A stretch of DNA of 50,202 bases from a virus. Lineage: Duplodnaviria; Caudoviricetes. The notes beneath the pieces are model-generated. The model saw only the letters and a list, made by a program, of their open reading frames with translations. It made no database searches and had not been told where the DNA came from. Position 1 is the stretch's first letter; the number at the start of each line of letters is the position of its first letter. This document shows, piece by piece, positions 8,961-17,247 of the stretch. The translations under genes were made by a program, and so were the position numbers. The stretch is from IMG/VR virus record IMGVR_UViG_3300048852_000054, positions 1 to 50,202 of that record; one strand, written 5' to 3'.

Positions 8961-9722
8961 CTACGCCACCCCCACCGCCTCCCGCGCCGCCGCCCAGCGG
9001 CGCTGGCGGTCCTCCAGCCCGTTCGTCCCGCCGTTGATGCGCCGGGTAATCGCGTCGAAGGCGCCGGCGTCGGCGAGCGCGTTGCAGCCCATCTCCGCCC
9101 ACCAGCGCGCCGCGCTCTCGGCCGTGCCCTCGCGGGTCTCGAGGTAGCCGGCCACCTCCGCCAGCGGCAGGCCGGTCCAGCCGGCCACCCGCTCATAGGC
9201 CGCGCGGCCGGTGTGCTGGATCAGGCCGCGGCCCCGGAACGCCCAGCCATCGCCGGCGCCGGCGGGGCGGTTGCCCAGGCGGCCGCCATAGGCGATCTCG
9301 GCGATCTGCTGCTGCTCAGCCGGATGGCCCAGCCGCCGGCCAAGGCGCCAAGCCAGGTCCGCGTCGAATCGCTTCGGCCAGACCAGCTGAAGCGCCTCCG
9401 GCGTGTAGTCCAGGCTCTCCACCAGCCGCCGGAAGCCCCCCGATTCATGCCCCACCTGCGCCAGGAAGGCCGCCAGGCGGTCGCGGGTGGTGATTCCATG
9501 CGACCGGCAGGCCGGGGCCAGGGCGGCGGCCCAGGCCTCGGCGTCGGGCGCGCCCAGGGCCTGCAGCATGGCAGGCGTGGGGCGCACCACCTCCGGCGCG
9601 GCGTCGGCATCGCCGATCGCCAGCACCGGAATCGCGGCCTGGCCTGGCGGCAGTCCGGCCGGCGCCGCGGGCGCCTCCTGCCGCAGGCCGAGGAAGGCGG
9701 AGAGGCGGGCCAGGAGCGTCAT
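8961..9722 (-). CDS. Glycoside hydrolase family 19 endolysin
   Basis: AAFLAQVGHESGG, YGGRLGN, GDGWAFRGRGLIQHTGR, ITRRINGGTNGLEDR; ATGA overlap with the upstream gene. Confidence 0.93.
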   Translation of the reverse strand: MTLLARLSAFLGLRQEAPAAPAGLPPGQAAIPVLAIGDADAAPEVVRPTPAMLQALGAPDAEAWAAALAPACRSHGITTRDRLAAFLAQVGHESGGFRRLVESLDYTPEALQLVWPKRFDADLAWRLGRRLGHPAEQQQIAEIAYGGRLGNRPAGAGDGWAFRGRGLIQHTGRAAYERVAGWTGLPLAEVAGYLETREGTAESAARWWAEMGCNALADAGAFDAITRRINGGTNGLEDRQRRWAAAREAVGVA

Positions 9723-10285
9723 CGCGGCGCGCCCCCCACCAGGGCGCGCAGCGTCTCGTCCTTGCGCGCGCTGCCATTGCTCGAGCCGATCCAGAACTGG
9801 ACGACGTTCATCGCCATGGCCCCAAGGGTGCCCAGGGTGATGTACGCGATCTCCTGCGAGCCCTCGGGCAGCGCCCTGGTCAGCACCACCCAGCAGCACA
9901 GCCCGAAGGCGACCAGCACCAGGATGGAGACCAGAGGCGCGCCCCAGGCGATGGCGGAGCCCGCCTGCGCCAGCGCCACCGTTTGGTTCCGGGCGCTGGC
10001 TAGGTCGGAGAGCAGCGCCTTCAGCTCGTCCTGTCTGGCCTTCTCCGCAGCCGCCTCCCGCTCCGCCGCGATCTCGGCGAGCCGGATGCGGAGTTGCATC
10101 GCCACCTGCGGATCCCGGATCGCTGCCTCGACAGCCTCCGGGGTGTCGGCGCCGACGGCAGAGCGCACCGCGCCGAGCACCTGGTCCGCCACGTCACCAG
10201 CCTTCTCGCCGATGACATGGCGCAGCAGCTCGGGCGCGAGCGCGCCTATTGCCGGCAGCAAGGCCGGCAGCAATGGCAGAGCCAT
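9719..10285 (-). CDS. Holin-like membrane protein
   Basis: Two C-terminal TM helices and FWIGSSNGS motif; directly upstream of the endolysin. Confidence 0.7.
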   Translation of the reverse strand: MALPLLPALLPAIGALAPELLRHVIGEKAGDVADQVLGAVRSAVGADTPEAVEAAIRDPQVAMQLRIRLAEIAAEREAAAEKARQDELKALLSDLASARNQTVALAQAGSAIAWGAPLVSILVLVAFGLCCWVVLTRALPEGSQEIAYITLGTLGAMAMNVVQFWIGSSNGSARKDETLRALVGGAPR

Positions 10286-10332
10286 CACCTGCTCCTCAGA
10301 TTATCGGATTGCCGCCTGCCCGGCGGCGGGGG

Positions 10333-10641
10333 TCACTGCTTCGGCAGGCCGAGGCGGGCGCGAAGCACGGCCCGGGCGATGTCGATCATCGCGGCCTGGC
10401 CGACCATGCCGGCGGTGAAGCCCGCGGCATAGAGCAGGCGCCAGTCCTCGACGCCCATCGCGCCGGCCGCGACCAGCCCCAGGGTGCCGAGGCAGAGACC
10501 AGACACGGTCTTCGGGATGAGCAGCCACGACAGTTCGCGCTCGGTGCCGTGCAGTTCCCGCGCCAGCGCCCCAGCCGCGCCGGCCGCAGCACCGATGGCG
10601 AGCTGCACGCCAAGGCCGTCGAGGTGTTCGGGTGTCGGCAT
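10333..10641 (-). CDS. Small multi-TM protein, putative holin
   Basis: About three Gly/Ala-rich hydrophobic segments; located in the lysis cassette. Confidence 0.6.
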   Translation of the reverse strand: MPTPEHLDGLGVQLAIGAAAGAAGALARELHGTERELSWLLIPKTVSGLCLGTLGLVAAGAMGVEDWRLLYAAGFTAGMVGQAAMIDIARAVLRARLGLPKQ

Positions 10642-10877
10642 GGCTCAGCCCTCCAGCGCCGCCGTGACGGTCAGCGTGCCACGCACATCGCACCAAGCGG
10701 CAGTGGATGAGCCGCGATAGACGGCAGGCGTGCGGGCGGAGGCGCGCGCGCGGAAGCGCAGCACGGCGGTGGCGGCCATAAGCATCCTCTCTGTCGGTAG
10801 TGCCGGCGGGGACCAAACAGCGAATGGGGCGCCCCGCTCAGCGAGGCGCCCACCACATCCAGAGCATTCGGCAAATG

Positions 10878-11282
10878 CTAGGCGGCGATCCCGCTCAGCA
10901 GGTCGCGGCACAGCGACCAGGTTAGGCGGTCACTCTCCTCAGGCGCGCCATCAGCATAACTGCCAAGTGACCGATAGGCGATGCGCGCCTTCGCCCGGAC
11001 ACCGTCCAGAGTGAGGGCAGGCATGACGTACAGATCGGCCAGGAGCTTCTGATACTGGCCCGTGATCGCATCTAGCCGATCTATCACGGCGTCCGGTGGA
11101 CCACCGGGCACATCCGCCCATGGGTCCAGGAGAGCGTCCGACTTCGCATCGAGGGCGTCGATTGCTCGGCAGATCCGCAGCAGCTCCGCATCTGGGTGGG
11201 CAGCAGCTGCCGCGGTTGGTGCAGCCGCGGCGGCCAGAATCGGAACCGCGGTCAGCGCCACCCGGCGAGACAGGAGAGGCAT
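10878..11282 (-). CDS. Hypothetical phage protein
   Basis: Coupled to the BRO gene (TGATG); SRR-hydrophobic N-terminus, HPDAELL and ALTLDGVRAKAR motifs. Confidence 0.65.
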   Translation of the reverse strand: MPLLSRRVALTAVPILAAAAAPTAAAAAHPDAELLRICRAIDALDAKSDALLDPWADVPGGPPDAVIDRLDAITGQYQKLLADLYVMPALTLDGVRAKARIAYRSLGSYADGAPEESDRLTWSLCRDLLSGIAA

Positions 11283-11893
11283 CAGTGCGTGCCCTGCCCG
11301 TTTAGTGCCGCGGCGGATGGCGTCACGGTGATGGTGACGCTGCCCGGCGCGGGCGGCGCCACGCTGTCCAGTAGGTCGGTCTGCCGGAGCGCCTGCGCCA
11401 TGGCCGGCACCCAATCCAGGCCGAGCTTCACCCAGAGCTGAGCGCCAGCCCGCTCCCCGAAGCAGCGAATAGCGGTGCTGACCTTCCTCAGTTTGAGACT
11501 GTCCGGGGCCTGCAACTCGCTGTCCTCGCTCTCGGCCACTTGCGGCAACTCATAGCCGCCCGCTTGCCGGATCGTGGGCAGGACCTCCGCTGTAACCCAC
11601 TTCCGAAAACGGTGCGCCACCGTGCCTGGCTTGGTCGCGTCGCGGCTGCGAAGGATCAGGGTGTAGAGGCCGCCCTCGGAGACTGTCAGCATCTCCTGAT
11701 CTCCAGAGGGGGTCCGGATTAAAGCCGTACCCCTCTCATCCTCATCCAGCTTGGCGACGGCGCTACTCACGTCGGCTATGCCGATGGCCCGGCAAATATC
11801 CGCCGCCACGAACCATGGCGCGGAATTGCGTTCCACCACTCGCACCATGGCTTCCCCCTCGAAGAGGAAAGGCACTATCTTCTGTTGGCTCAC
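11282..11893 (-). CDS. BRO-N domain antirepressor
   Basis: FLFEG..VRVV...PWFVAADIC, VSEGGLYTLILRSR, FRKWVTAEVLPTIRQAGGY. Confidence 0.9.
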   Translation of the reverse strand: MSQQKIVPFLFEGEAMVRVVERNSAPWFVAADICRAIGIADVSSAVAKLDEDERGTALIRTPSGDQEMLTVSEGGLYTLILRSRDATKPGTVAHRFRKWVTAEVLPTIRQAGGYELPQVAESEDSELQAPDSLKLRKVSTAIRCFGERAGAQLWVKLGLDWVPAMAQALRQTDLLDSVAPPAPGSVTITVTPSAAALNGQGTH

Positions 11894-11975
11894 GACCGAG
11901 GTTCCTGCTCGGGTTGTGGGAAGGCCCCTTTTCCCGTTGCAGCGGGCTTGGGACCGGTTAGGGCCGGCGGCGGGG

Positions 11976-12173
11976 TTAGCCTCGGCAGGTAGCCCCCGCC
12001 GCCGGTGCGCCGCCCTCAGGACGGCCGTTCTGTTCCGCGAGGCGCGCGACCTCAAGGCGGAACACGATCTCTCCGTTCAAGCTTCGGCAGTTCGCCTCGG
12101 CTTGGCGTCTAAGCCAGGTCTTGAGAGGTGCGCTCAGGCGCACCTTAAGCTGGCCTGCGGACTGCTTTGTCAT
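11976..12173 (-). CDS. Arc-family ribbon-helix-helix repressor
   Basis: QLKVRL...LRRQAEANCRSLNGEIVFRLE; GGAGG RBS. Confidence 0.88.
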   Translation of the reverse strand: MTKQSAGQLKVRLSAPLKTWLRRQAEANCRSLNGEIVFRLEVARLAEQNGRPEGGAPAAGATCRG

Positions 12174-12201
12174 GCCTCCATCTCCGGACCATGGATCGCA
12201 A

Positions 12202-12348
12202 TGACACCGAATGGTGTCGTAAATGATGGAAGCATGGTGTCATTCTTGGTGTCAACGATGAACCGACATGCAATTGATGCTAGCTAGCAGGCACACTGAC
12301 ACCGACGCTGACACCGAAATGGACACTGGCAGCCAGGACATGGACACC
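12202..12348. promoter_or_regulatory. Array of TGACACC operator-like sites between divergent Arc-family genes
   Basis: Palindrome TGACACCgaatGGTGTCG at 12202-12219; GGTGTCA at 12236 and 12248; TGACACC at 12297 and 12309; variants at 12321 and 12342. Confidence 0.7.
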
Positions 12349-12747
12349 GAGGACCGGCACGTGCGGATCACCCTCCGCATGCCCAAGGAGCTTCACGCCA
12401 GGCTCCAGGCCGAGGCTGATAATAAAACAAGATCAATGAACGCGGAGATAGTCGCACGCCTTGAGCAGTCGTTCGGTCCCGCTGCGCGCTCCGCCGACGT
12501 CGCCCAGCTACATAATCGGATCGCGCTTCTGGAGGAACGACTGAAGGGCCATCACACAACAATTGCTGCATCCGCATTAATGATCGAACACTTCGCGGGA
12601 GTTTTTGAAACTCTACTTCGCAATCCTCAGGTGCGCGCTGCCGCAGAGGAGCGCCAGAAGGACGCGGAGACGCTTCCAGAGAAGCTTAAGGACGTCGCCG
12701 CGCTGATGCATCGAATGCTCAGAGAAGAGTCGGCGGATTCTCGGTAG
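12340..12747 (+). CDS. Arc/Mnt-family repressor with C-terminal coiled coil (start uncertain)
   Basis: RITLRMPKELHARLQAEADNKTRSMNAEIVARLEQSF. Confidence 0.88.
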   Translation: MDTEDRHVRITLRMPKELHARLQAEADNKTRSMNAEIVARLEQSFGPAARSADVAQLHNRIALLEERLKGHHTTIAASALMIEHFAGVFETLLRNPQVRAAAEERQKDAETLPEKLKDVAALMHRMLREESADSR

Positions 12748-12844
12748 GCCCCTCCCCTACACCGCCCAGGCCCGTCCACTCGGCTAGAGCTCTGGTCGCG
12801 GCCTGCTGTATGAACCGGCGGTCTAATCAGGCCGGAGCGACTTT

Positions 12845-13507
12845 GTGACTTTCGAGATCCCCCGCTGGCTGCGACCGCGATGGTGGCCAAAGGACCCCAT
12901 GCGTGCCGAAACCCGCCGGTGGTTCCGGCGCACCTGCAAGCCGGCGCTGCATGCAGCATGGGAGGCGGCAGGAGGTCGCATTGGCCCCTACACCTATGGC
13001 CGGCCAGAGGTGCTTGGCTTGGCCAATGCAGTGGCCCGCCAGCGGGTCTTCACCATCGGAAGCTTCTGCTCGATCGCCGAAGGGGTGCGACTGTACCTGG
13101 CCCACGACCATGACGTGGAAGCCATAAGCACCTTTCCCTTCACCGCCATGTTCCGCCACCTCTGGCCGGAGGCGCCGAGGGCGGGGTCGGATCCCATCGA
13201 GGAGGGGTCGATCCATATCGGTAGCGACGTCTGGCTGGGCGATCAGGTGAGCGTCATGTCGGGCGTGAAGATCGGAGACGGCGCCGTCGTGGCGCACCGG
13301 GCGGTGGTCACTCGGGATATCGGCCCCTACGAGATTTGGGGCGGTGTCCCGGCCCGAAAGATTCGCGACAGGTTCCCCCCTGAGGTGCGGGATGCGCTAC
13401 TGGCCAGCCGGTGGTGGGATCTCCCCCTGGAGCAGATCCGCCCTCTCGCGCCGGCGTTGCTGCAACGCGATCCACAGGTGCTTTTAAGCGCCCTGCAGAG
13501 GCCCTAG
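12845..13507 (+). CDS. CatB/Vat-related hexapeptide-repeat O-acetyltransferase (moron)
   Basis: IGSFCSIA, ISTFPF, IGSDVWLG, VKIGDGAVV, VTRDIGPYEIWGGVPARKIRDRF, SRWWD. Confidence 0.9.
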   Translation: MTFEIPRWLRPRWWPKDPMRAETRRWFRRTCKPALHAAWEAAGGRIGPYTYGRPEVLGLANAVARQRVFTIGSFCSIAEGVRLYLAHDHDVEAISTFPFTAMFRHLWPEAPRAGSDPIEEGSIHIGSDVWLGDQVSVMSGVKIGDGAVVAHRAVVTRDIGPYEIWGGVPARKIRDRFPPEVRDALLASRWWDLPLEQIRPLAPALLQRDPQVLLSALQRP

Positions 13508-13738
13508 CGGCCACACCGCGGCCAGCTCCTCCGGCGTGGCCGCCGCATCAATGCGCGGGTCTGCAGGCGCGTCGCGGAGCGCCTGCTTCTGCGCCGCGAC
13601 TTCGGTCTGGCTCGCCATGTCGCCTGCCTCCACGGCGCGCATGAACGCCACATCCAGCACTGCCAGCAACGGCGCCCGCGCAACGCGGATGCGGTCGCGC
13701 TGGATTGCGCGCGCCTTGGTCATGTCAATGGAGATCAT
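13484..13738 (-). CDS. Tail fibre assembly/chaperone-like protein
   Basis: RAPLLAVLDVAFMRA...KQALRDAP...VWP; follows the fibre genes. Confidence 0.7.
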   Translation of the reverse strand: MISIDMTKARAIQRDRIRVARAPLLAVLDVAFMRAVEAGDMASQTEVAAQKQALRDAPADPRIDAAATPEELAAVWPLGPLQGA

Positions 13739-14001
13739 GTCTGCGCACCCGTCTCCGCCGCGGCCCGCGCCGCTCGCTCTGCAAACCACGCCTCCGGGCC
13801 GAGGCCGAACCCGTCAGGCGCGCTGAAACTGGCCGACCAGGCGTCGCGGAAGGTGCGATCCGCCGGCAGCTCCTCGACGGAGACGATGCGGTACGGTACG
13901 CCGGCCGGAACGTCCTTCCGCGCCACCTCCTCAATGGGCAACTCGCCAGTCGGGATCAGCACGGCAATACCGCCCTCACCGTTGGGATAGATCACGCGCA
14001 T
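13735..14001 (-). CDS. Tail fibre-associated small protein
   Basis: ARKDVPAGVPYRIV...LPADRTFRDAW; translationally coupled. Confidence 0.7.
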   Translation of the reverse strand: MRVIYPNGEGGIAVLIPTGELPIEEVARKDVPAGVPYRIVSVEELPADRTFRDAWSASFSAPDGFGLGPEAWFAERAARAAAETGAQT

Positions 14002-14004
14002 GGA

Positions 14005-15198
14005 TCAGCCTCCGGCCACTTGCAGGCACACGATGGACGGGTCCGTTGCCGGGCCGCCGGCCCCATAGAGGCGAATGGTCACGCGCACGCCCCAGATGCC
14101 TATCTCCTCGACCGTCGTCACGTAGCCGCTGAGTGCGTTGTTGCTGCCGACCACGCTGTAATTCGCGTTCGGCATGGCCGCCACATAGTTGGCGGTCCAG
14201 TTGCCCGTGCCATGGTCGGTGATGCTGCTAACGTTGAAGCTGCCGCGCATTGCCGGCGTGCCCTGGCCGTTAAAATTGACCCAGGCTTTGACCGTGTTGT
14301 ACGCCCATATCGCGCCCGCGCCGCCATTGACGCTCACATCGGCCGGCAGGTCGAAGCCCCAGCCGTTTTCGACGTAGACGCCCCACTTGTTCGGCTGCAC
14401 CTGCCAGCCGATGTAGCCGCGCCGCACGGAATCCGCGGTCATGAACTCAAGGATGCCGGGCTCGTTGACGCCACCCGCAGTCATCCGGGCGAAACCGCGG
14501 CCGGACACCCGGGCCTCGACCGACGTGTCTGCGCGGATCGTGCCGGCGACGTCCAACTCGACAGTCGGGCTGCGACGGATGCCGACGTAGCCATTGCTGC
14601 GCTTCATCACGAGCGGGGTGTCGAGATACGCCCCGGCGTCATTGAAGCGGTTGATGACAAGATCAGAACCCGCGTTGCCGCCGGTCTCGGCTGAGGTATC
14701 GCCAAGAAGGACCTGCCACCGCAGCGTCGAGTTCAGGAAGCCTGAGATCGCCGTGGTCTGCCCGGCCGCGGTCTTTCTCAGGGTAATCACCGGGGTGGCC
14801 TTGGCGATGAGTAGGTCACCGCCCAGAGTGAGACCGCCGCCCAAGATGGCCGACCCCGTCATGCTGAGGTTGCCGCTCCCATCCAGGAACAGCGTCTTCT
14901 GCGCCGGCAGCACGTTGTAGACCACCACAGAGCCGGTGAAGTTCAGCCGGCTCGGGCTAGTGACACCGTGCACGGACGTCCAGAGCGGCGTCCCGCGGCT
15001 CAGGATGTTGGGCGTGCCGGCCGTGACCGTGCCGACCTGGATCTCGGTCTGGGATCCGTCGGTGATCGCATAGTAGACGCTGACCCCAGACCCGAAGGTG
15101 CCCACGAAGCCAACATAGCCCGCCGTCGGGCCGATCAGGCTCATGGTGGTGCCAGTGCCCGGCGCGTTCGCCGTCTCACGGACGCGGTTTGCGAGCAT
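14005..15198 (-). CDS. Tail fibre / receptor-binding protein
   Basis: N-terminal LANRVRET anchor, Gly/Thr-rich beta repeats, C-terminal KAWVNFNG...SFNVSSITDHGTG. Confidence 0.8.
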   Translation of the reverse strand: MLANRVRETANAPGTGTTMSLIGPTAGYVGFVGTFGSGVSVYYAITDGSQTEIQVGTVTAGTPNILSRGTPLWTSVHGVTSPSRLNFTGSVVVYNVLPAQKTLFLDGSGNLSMTGSAILGGGLTLGGDLLIAKATPVITLRKTAAGQTTAISGFLNSTLRWQVLLGDTSAETGGNAGSDLVINRFNDAGAYLDTPLVMKRSNGYVGIRRSPTVELDVAGTIRADTSVEARVSGRGFARMTAGGVNEPGILEFMTADSVRRGYIGWQVQPNKWGVYVENGWGFDLPADVSVNGGAGAIWAYNTVKAWVNFNGQGTPAMRGSFNVSSITDHGTGNWTANYVAAMPNANYSVVGSNNALSGYVTTVEEIGIWGVRVTIRLYGAGGPATDPSIVCLQVAGG

Positions 15199-15201
15199 GC
15201 T

Positions 15202-17247
15202 CTACAGCCTCTCGGTGATGGTCGCGGACCAGGTGCGCAGTTCGGCGTTGGGCGTGGGCATGGCCATGGGGCTGCTGGACGCCAGCAGGCCGAAGACCGC
15301 CTCCCGCTGCACATGGGTGCCGGCCGGGAACGGCACGAAGAGGATGTTCCGCCCGCCGGCGGCCGCCTCCTCCAGTTCGGCCGCCTGCAGCCAGGCCTCG
15401 TCGCCGGACAGCGCCGGCAGGGAGACGGCCCAGCGGCGGCGGGTGGAGCGCAGCGTCACGTACTCCCCGCCCGCCCGCGTCCGCACCACCGTCTGGTCGC
15501 GGTCGCGCGCCACCGCCCCGCCAGGCGCGATGTTCACCTGCGGGCTCCACGCCGGCCCGGCGAAGGCCAGCGGGATGTTGAGGAAGCCGTCCGGGTTGGC
15601 GGGGTCGCTGATGTCCACCCGGGCGCAGCGGCCGGTGACCTCGGCGGGCGCCACGGTCACCAGCTGGCCGTAGCCAGGGGCGACGCCGGGCTGCGCGCCG
15701 CTGTCGTAGGTGACGGCCGCGGCGTCGAGGGTCGAGCCGGTCGAGCTGAGGGCCGCGGATTGGCCGGTCGTTAGTGGCGCGGCGTAGTAGCGCACGCGGC
15801 GGAAGGACGCGACGCCGCCAGCGTCCCCGTGGAAATACACGCGGGAGAAGCCAGCGCCCGTGGCCACGATCCCCGGGCCGCTCTGGATCTGCTGCCCGTT
15901 CACCCACGCGTAGGTTCCATCCGGCCGAAGGGTCAGGACGGCCCGCGACTGCCCCCCGCCGCTCGTGACCGGGGAGTTCGGGGAATCGATGAGCGTGGTC
16001 GGGTTGACGAACAGGTAGGCGTCGTACCCCGGGGAAGCCCCGCCGGCCCAGGACCGGAGGGCGGCCTGGGTGCCGCCCACGGCGTTGCTGCCGACGTCGA
16101 GGCGGGCACGCCAGATGGCGCCACCCGTGCCGAGGGTGCCGTACAGCCCCGTCTCCACGCAGAGCGTGCCAACCTCAGGGGCGACCTGCCCGGCCACCGT
16201 CCACGCCGACGCATCAGCCCCCCGCGTGGCGGCCTGCGGCAAGCCGGCCGGCGGCAGGATGGGCGAGGTGCAAAAAGCGCCCTGCTCCAGTTGCGGCAGG
16301 GACACGCGGAACGTGACGTCGACTGCACCTGCAGTCGTGACCCACAGGTGGACGTTGACCCACGCCGCGGTCTCCGGGGCCGATGCCCCCTCGTTCTTGA
16401 AGCGCTGCGTCCTCAGGGGCGCTGAGGTCGGCGCTATGTTCAGTTCCTTGGCGCCCGCAAACCCGGCCGCGGCGGTCGAAAACCGAGTGCGCAGGGTCAC
16501 CGCATCGCCGGGCGCCGAGGGCAAAGTGCCCGCGACTACCCGCACGTTCAAGGCCGACGACCAGACCTGCCCAGAAGCTGCAGCAATCGTGCTGGCTACG
16601 GCGAAGGTGACGGCCGAGGTCGATAATGCGCCGGCCGACTGCACACGCACCTCGGCATATGGCATCCCGTCCTCGGTGCCCGTGCCGACGAGGCTAGTCG
16701 ACCCGGAGAGTGACCAGCCCGATATGCTGCTCTCGCCGCGCGGGTTGGGAATTTCGTTCTTCCTGGACGCTTCGTACAGCGCACCCAGGCTCTCCAGCGT
16801 CACGGGGTCGTAGACGTCGTGCCGCAGAACACCCTGCGCTGCGGTCTGGAGCACGCCGTTCTTGTCGAAGTAGGTCGCCAAGGCAGTCGTCGGGCTGTGG
16901 CCCCGCGCATGTACGAAGCCAGCCGGAGCGACGAACCCAGGCCCAAACTGGAGGTCGATGGTCGGCGTTGCCTCGATCACCGATTCGGCCGGGCCGACGC
17001 GCCAGCGCACCGTCGCCGCGGGCGTCAAGTTGGTGCGCGCCAGCAGGAACGCCCTCCAGGTCTCGGCCGCACCCGCATCAACCACCAACGAGGCCTCGGT
17101 CACCCCCGCCGCCGTCTGCCAGGCCTCGGATGGCGCCCCCTGCTGCGTCTGGAGGTTGCCCGCCGACAGGCCCGACGCCTCGGACGAGGCCACCAGCGCG
17201 GCGGCGCTGAGAACGAGGTTCTTCCAACCGAACAAACTGTTGCTCAT
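15202..17247 (-). CDS. Minor tail (tip) protein with large internal carbohydrate-binding-like insertion
   Basis: Position after the hub gene; internal ATYFDKNGVLQTA...PQLEQGAFCTSPI segment typical of spike/CBM modules. Confidence 0.65.
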   Translation of the reverse strand: MSNSLFGWKNLVLSAAALVASSEASGLSAGNLQTQQGAPSEAWQTAAGVTEASLVVDAGAAETWRAFLLARTNLTPAATVRWRVGPAESVIEATPTIDLQFGPGFVAPAGFVHARGHSPTTALATYFDKNGVLQTAAQGVLRHDVYDPVTLESLGALYEASRKNEIPNPRGESSISGWSLSGSTSLVGTGTEDGMPYAEVRVQSAGALSTSAVTFAVASTIAAASGQVWSSALNVRVVAGTLPSAPGDAVTLRTRFSTAAAGFAGAKELNIAPTSAPLRTQRFKNEGASAPETAAWVNVHLWVTTAGAVDVTFRVSLPQLEQGAFCTSPILPPAGLPQAATRGADASAWTVAGQVAPEVGTLCVETGLYGTLGTGGAIWRARLDVGSNAVGGTQAALRSWAGGASPGYDAYLFVNPTTLIDSPNSPVTSGGGQSRAVLTLRPDGTYAWVNGQQIQSGPGIVATGAGFSRVYFHGDAGGVASFRRVRYYAAPLTTGQSAALSSTGSTLDAAAVTYDSGAQPGVAPGYGQLVTVAPAEVTGRCARVDISDPANPDGFLNIPLAFAGPAWSPQVNIAPGGAVARDRDQTVVRTRAGGEYVTLRSTRRRWAVSLPALSGDEAWLQAAELEEAAAGGRNILFVPFPAGTHVQREAVFGLLASSSPMAMPTPNAELRTWSATITERL

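Noticed and set aside
12202-12348. TGACACC repeats as a mini-CRISPR or replication iterons
   Set aside because: The units are only 7 bp, in mixed orientation, and lie between two RHH repressor genes, so operators explain them better.
14005-17247. Diversity-generating retroelement or invertible tail-fibre cassette
   Set aside because: No reverse transcriptase, invertase, TR/VR pair or flanking inverted repeats were seen.
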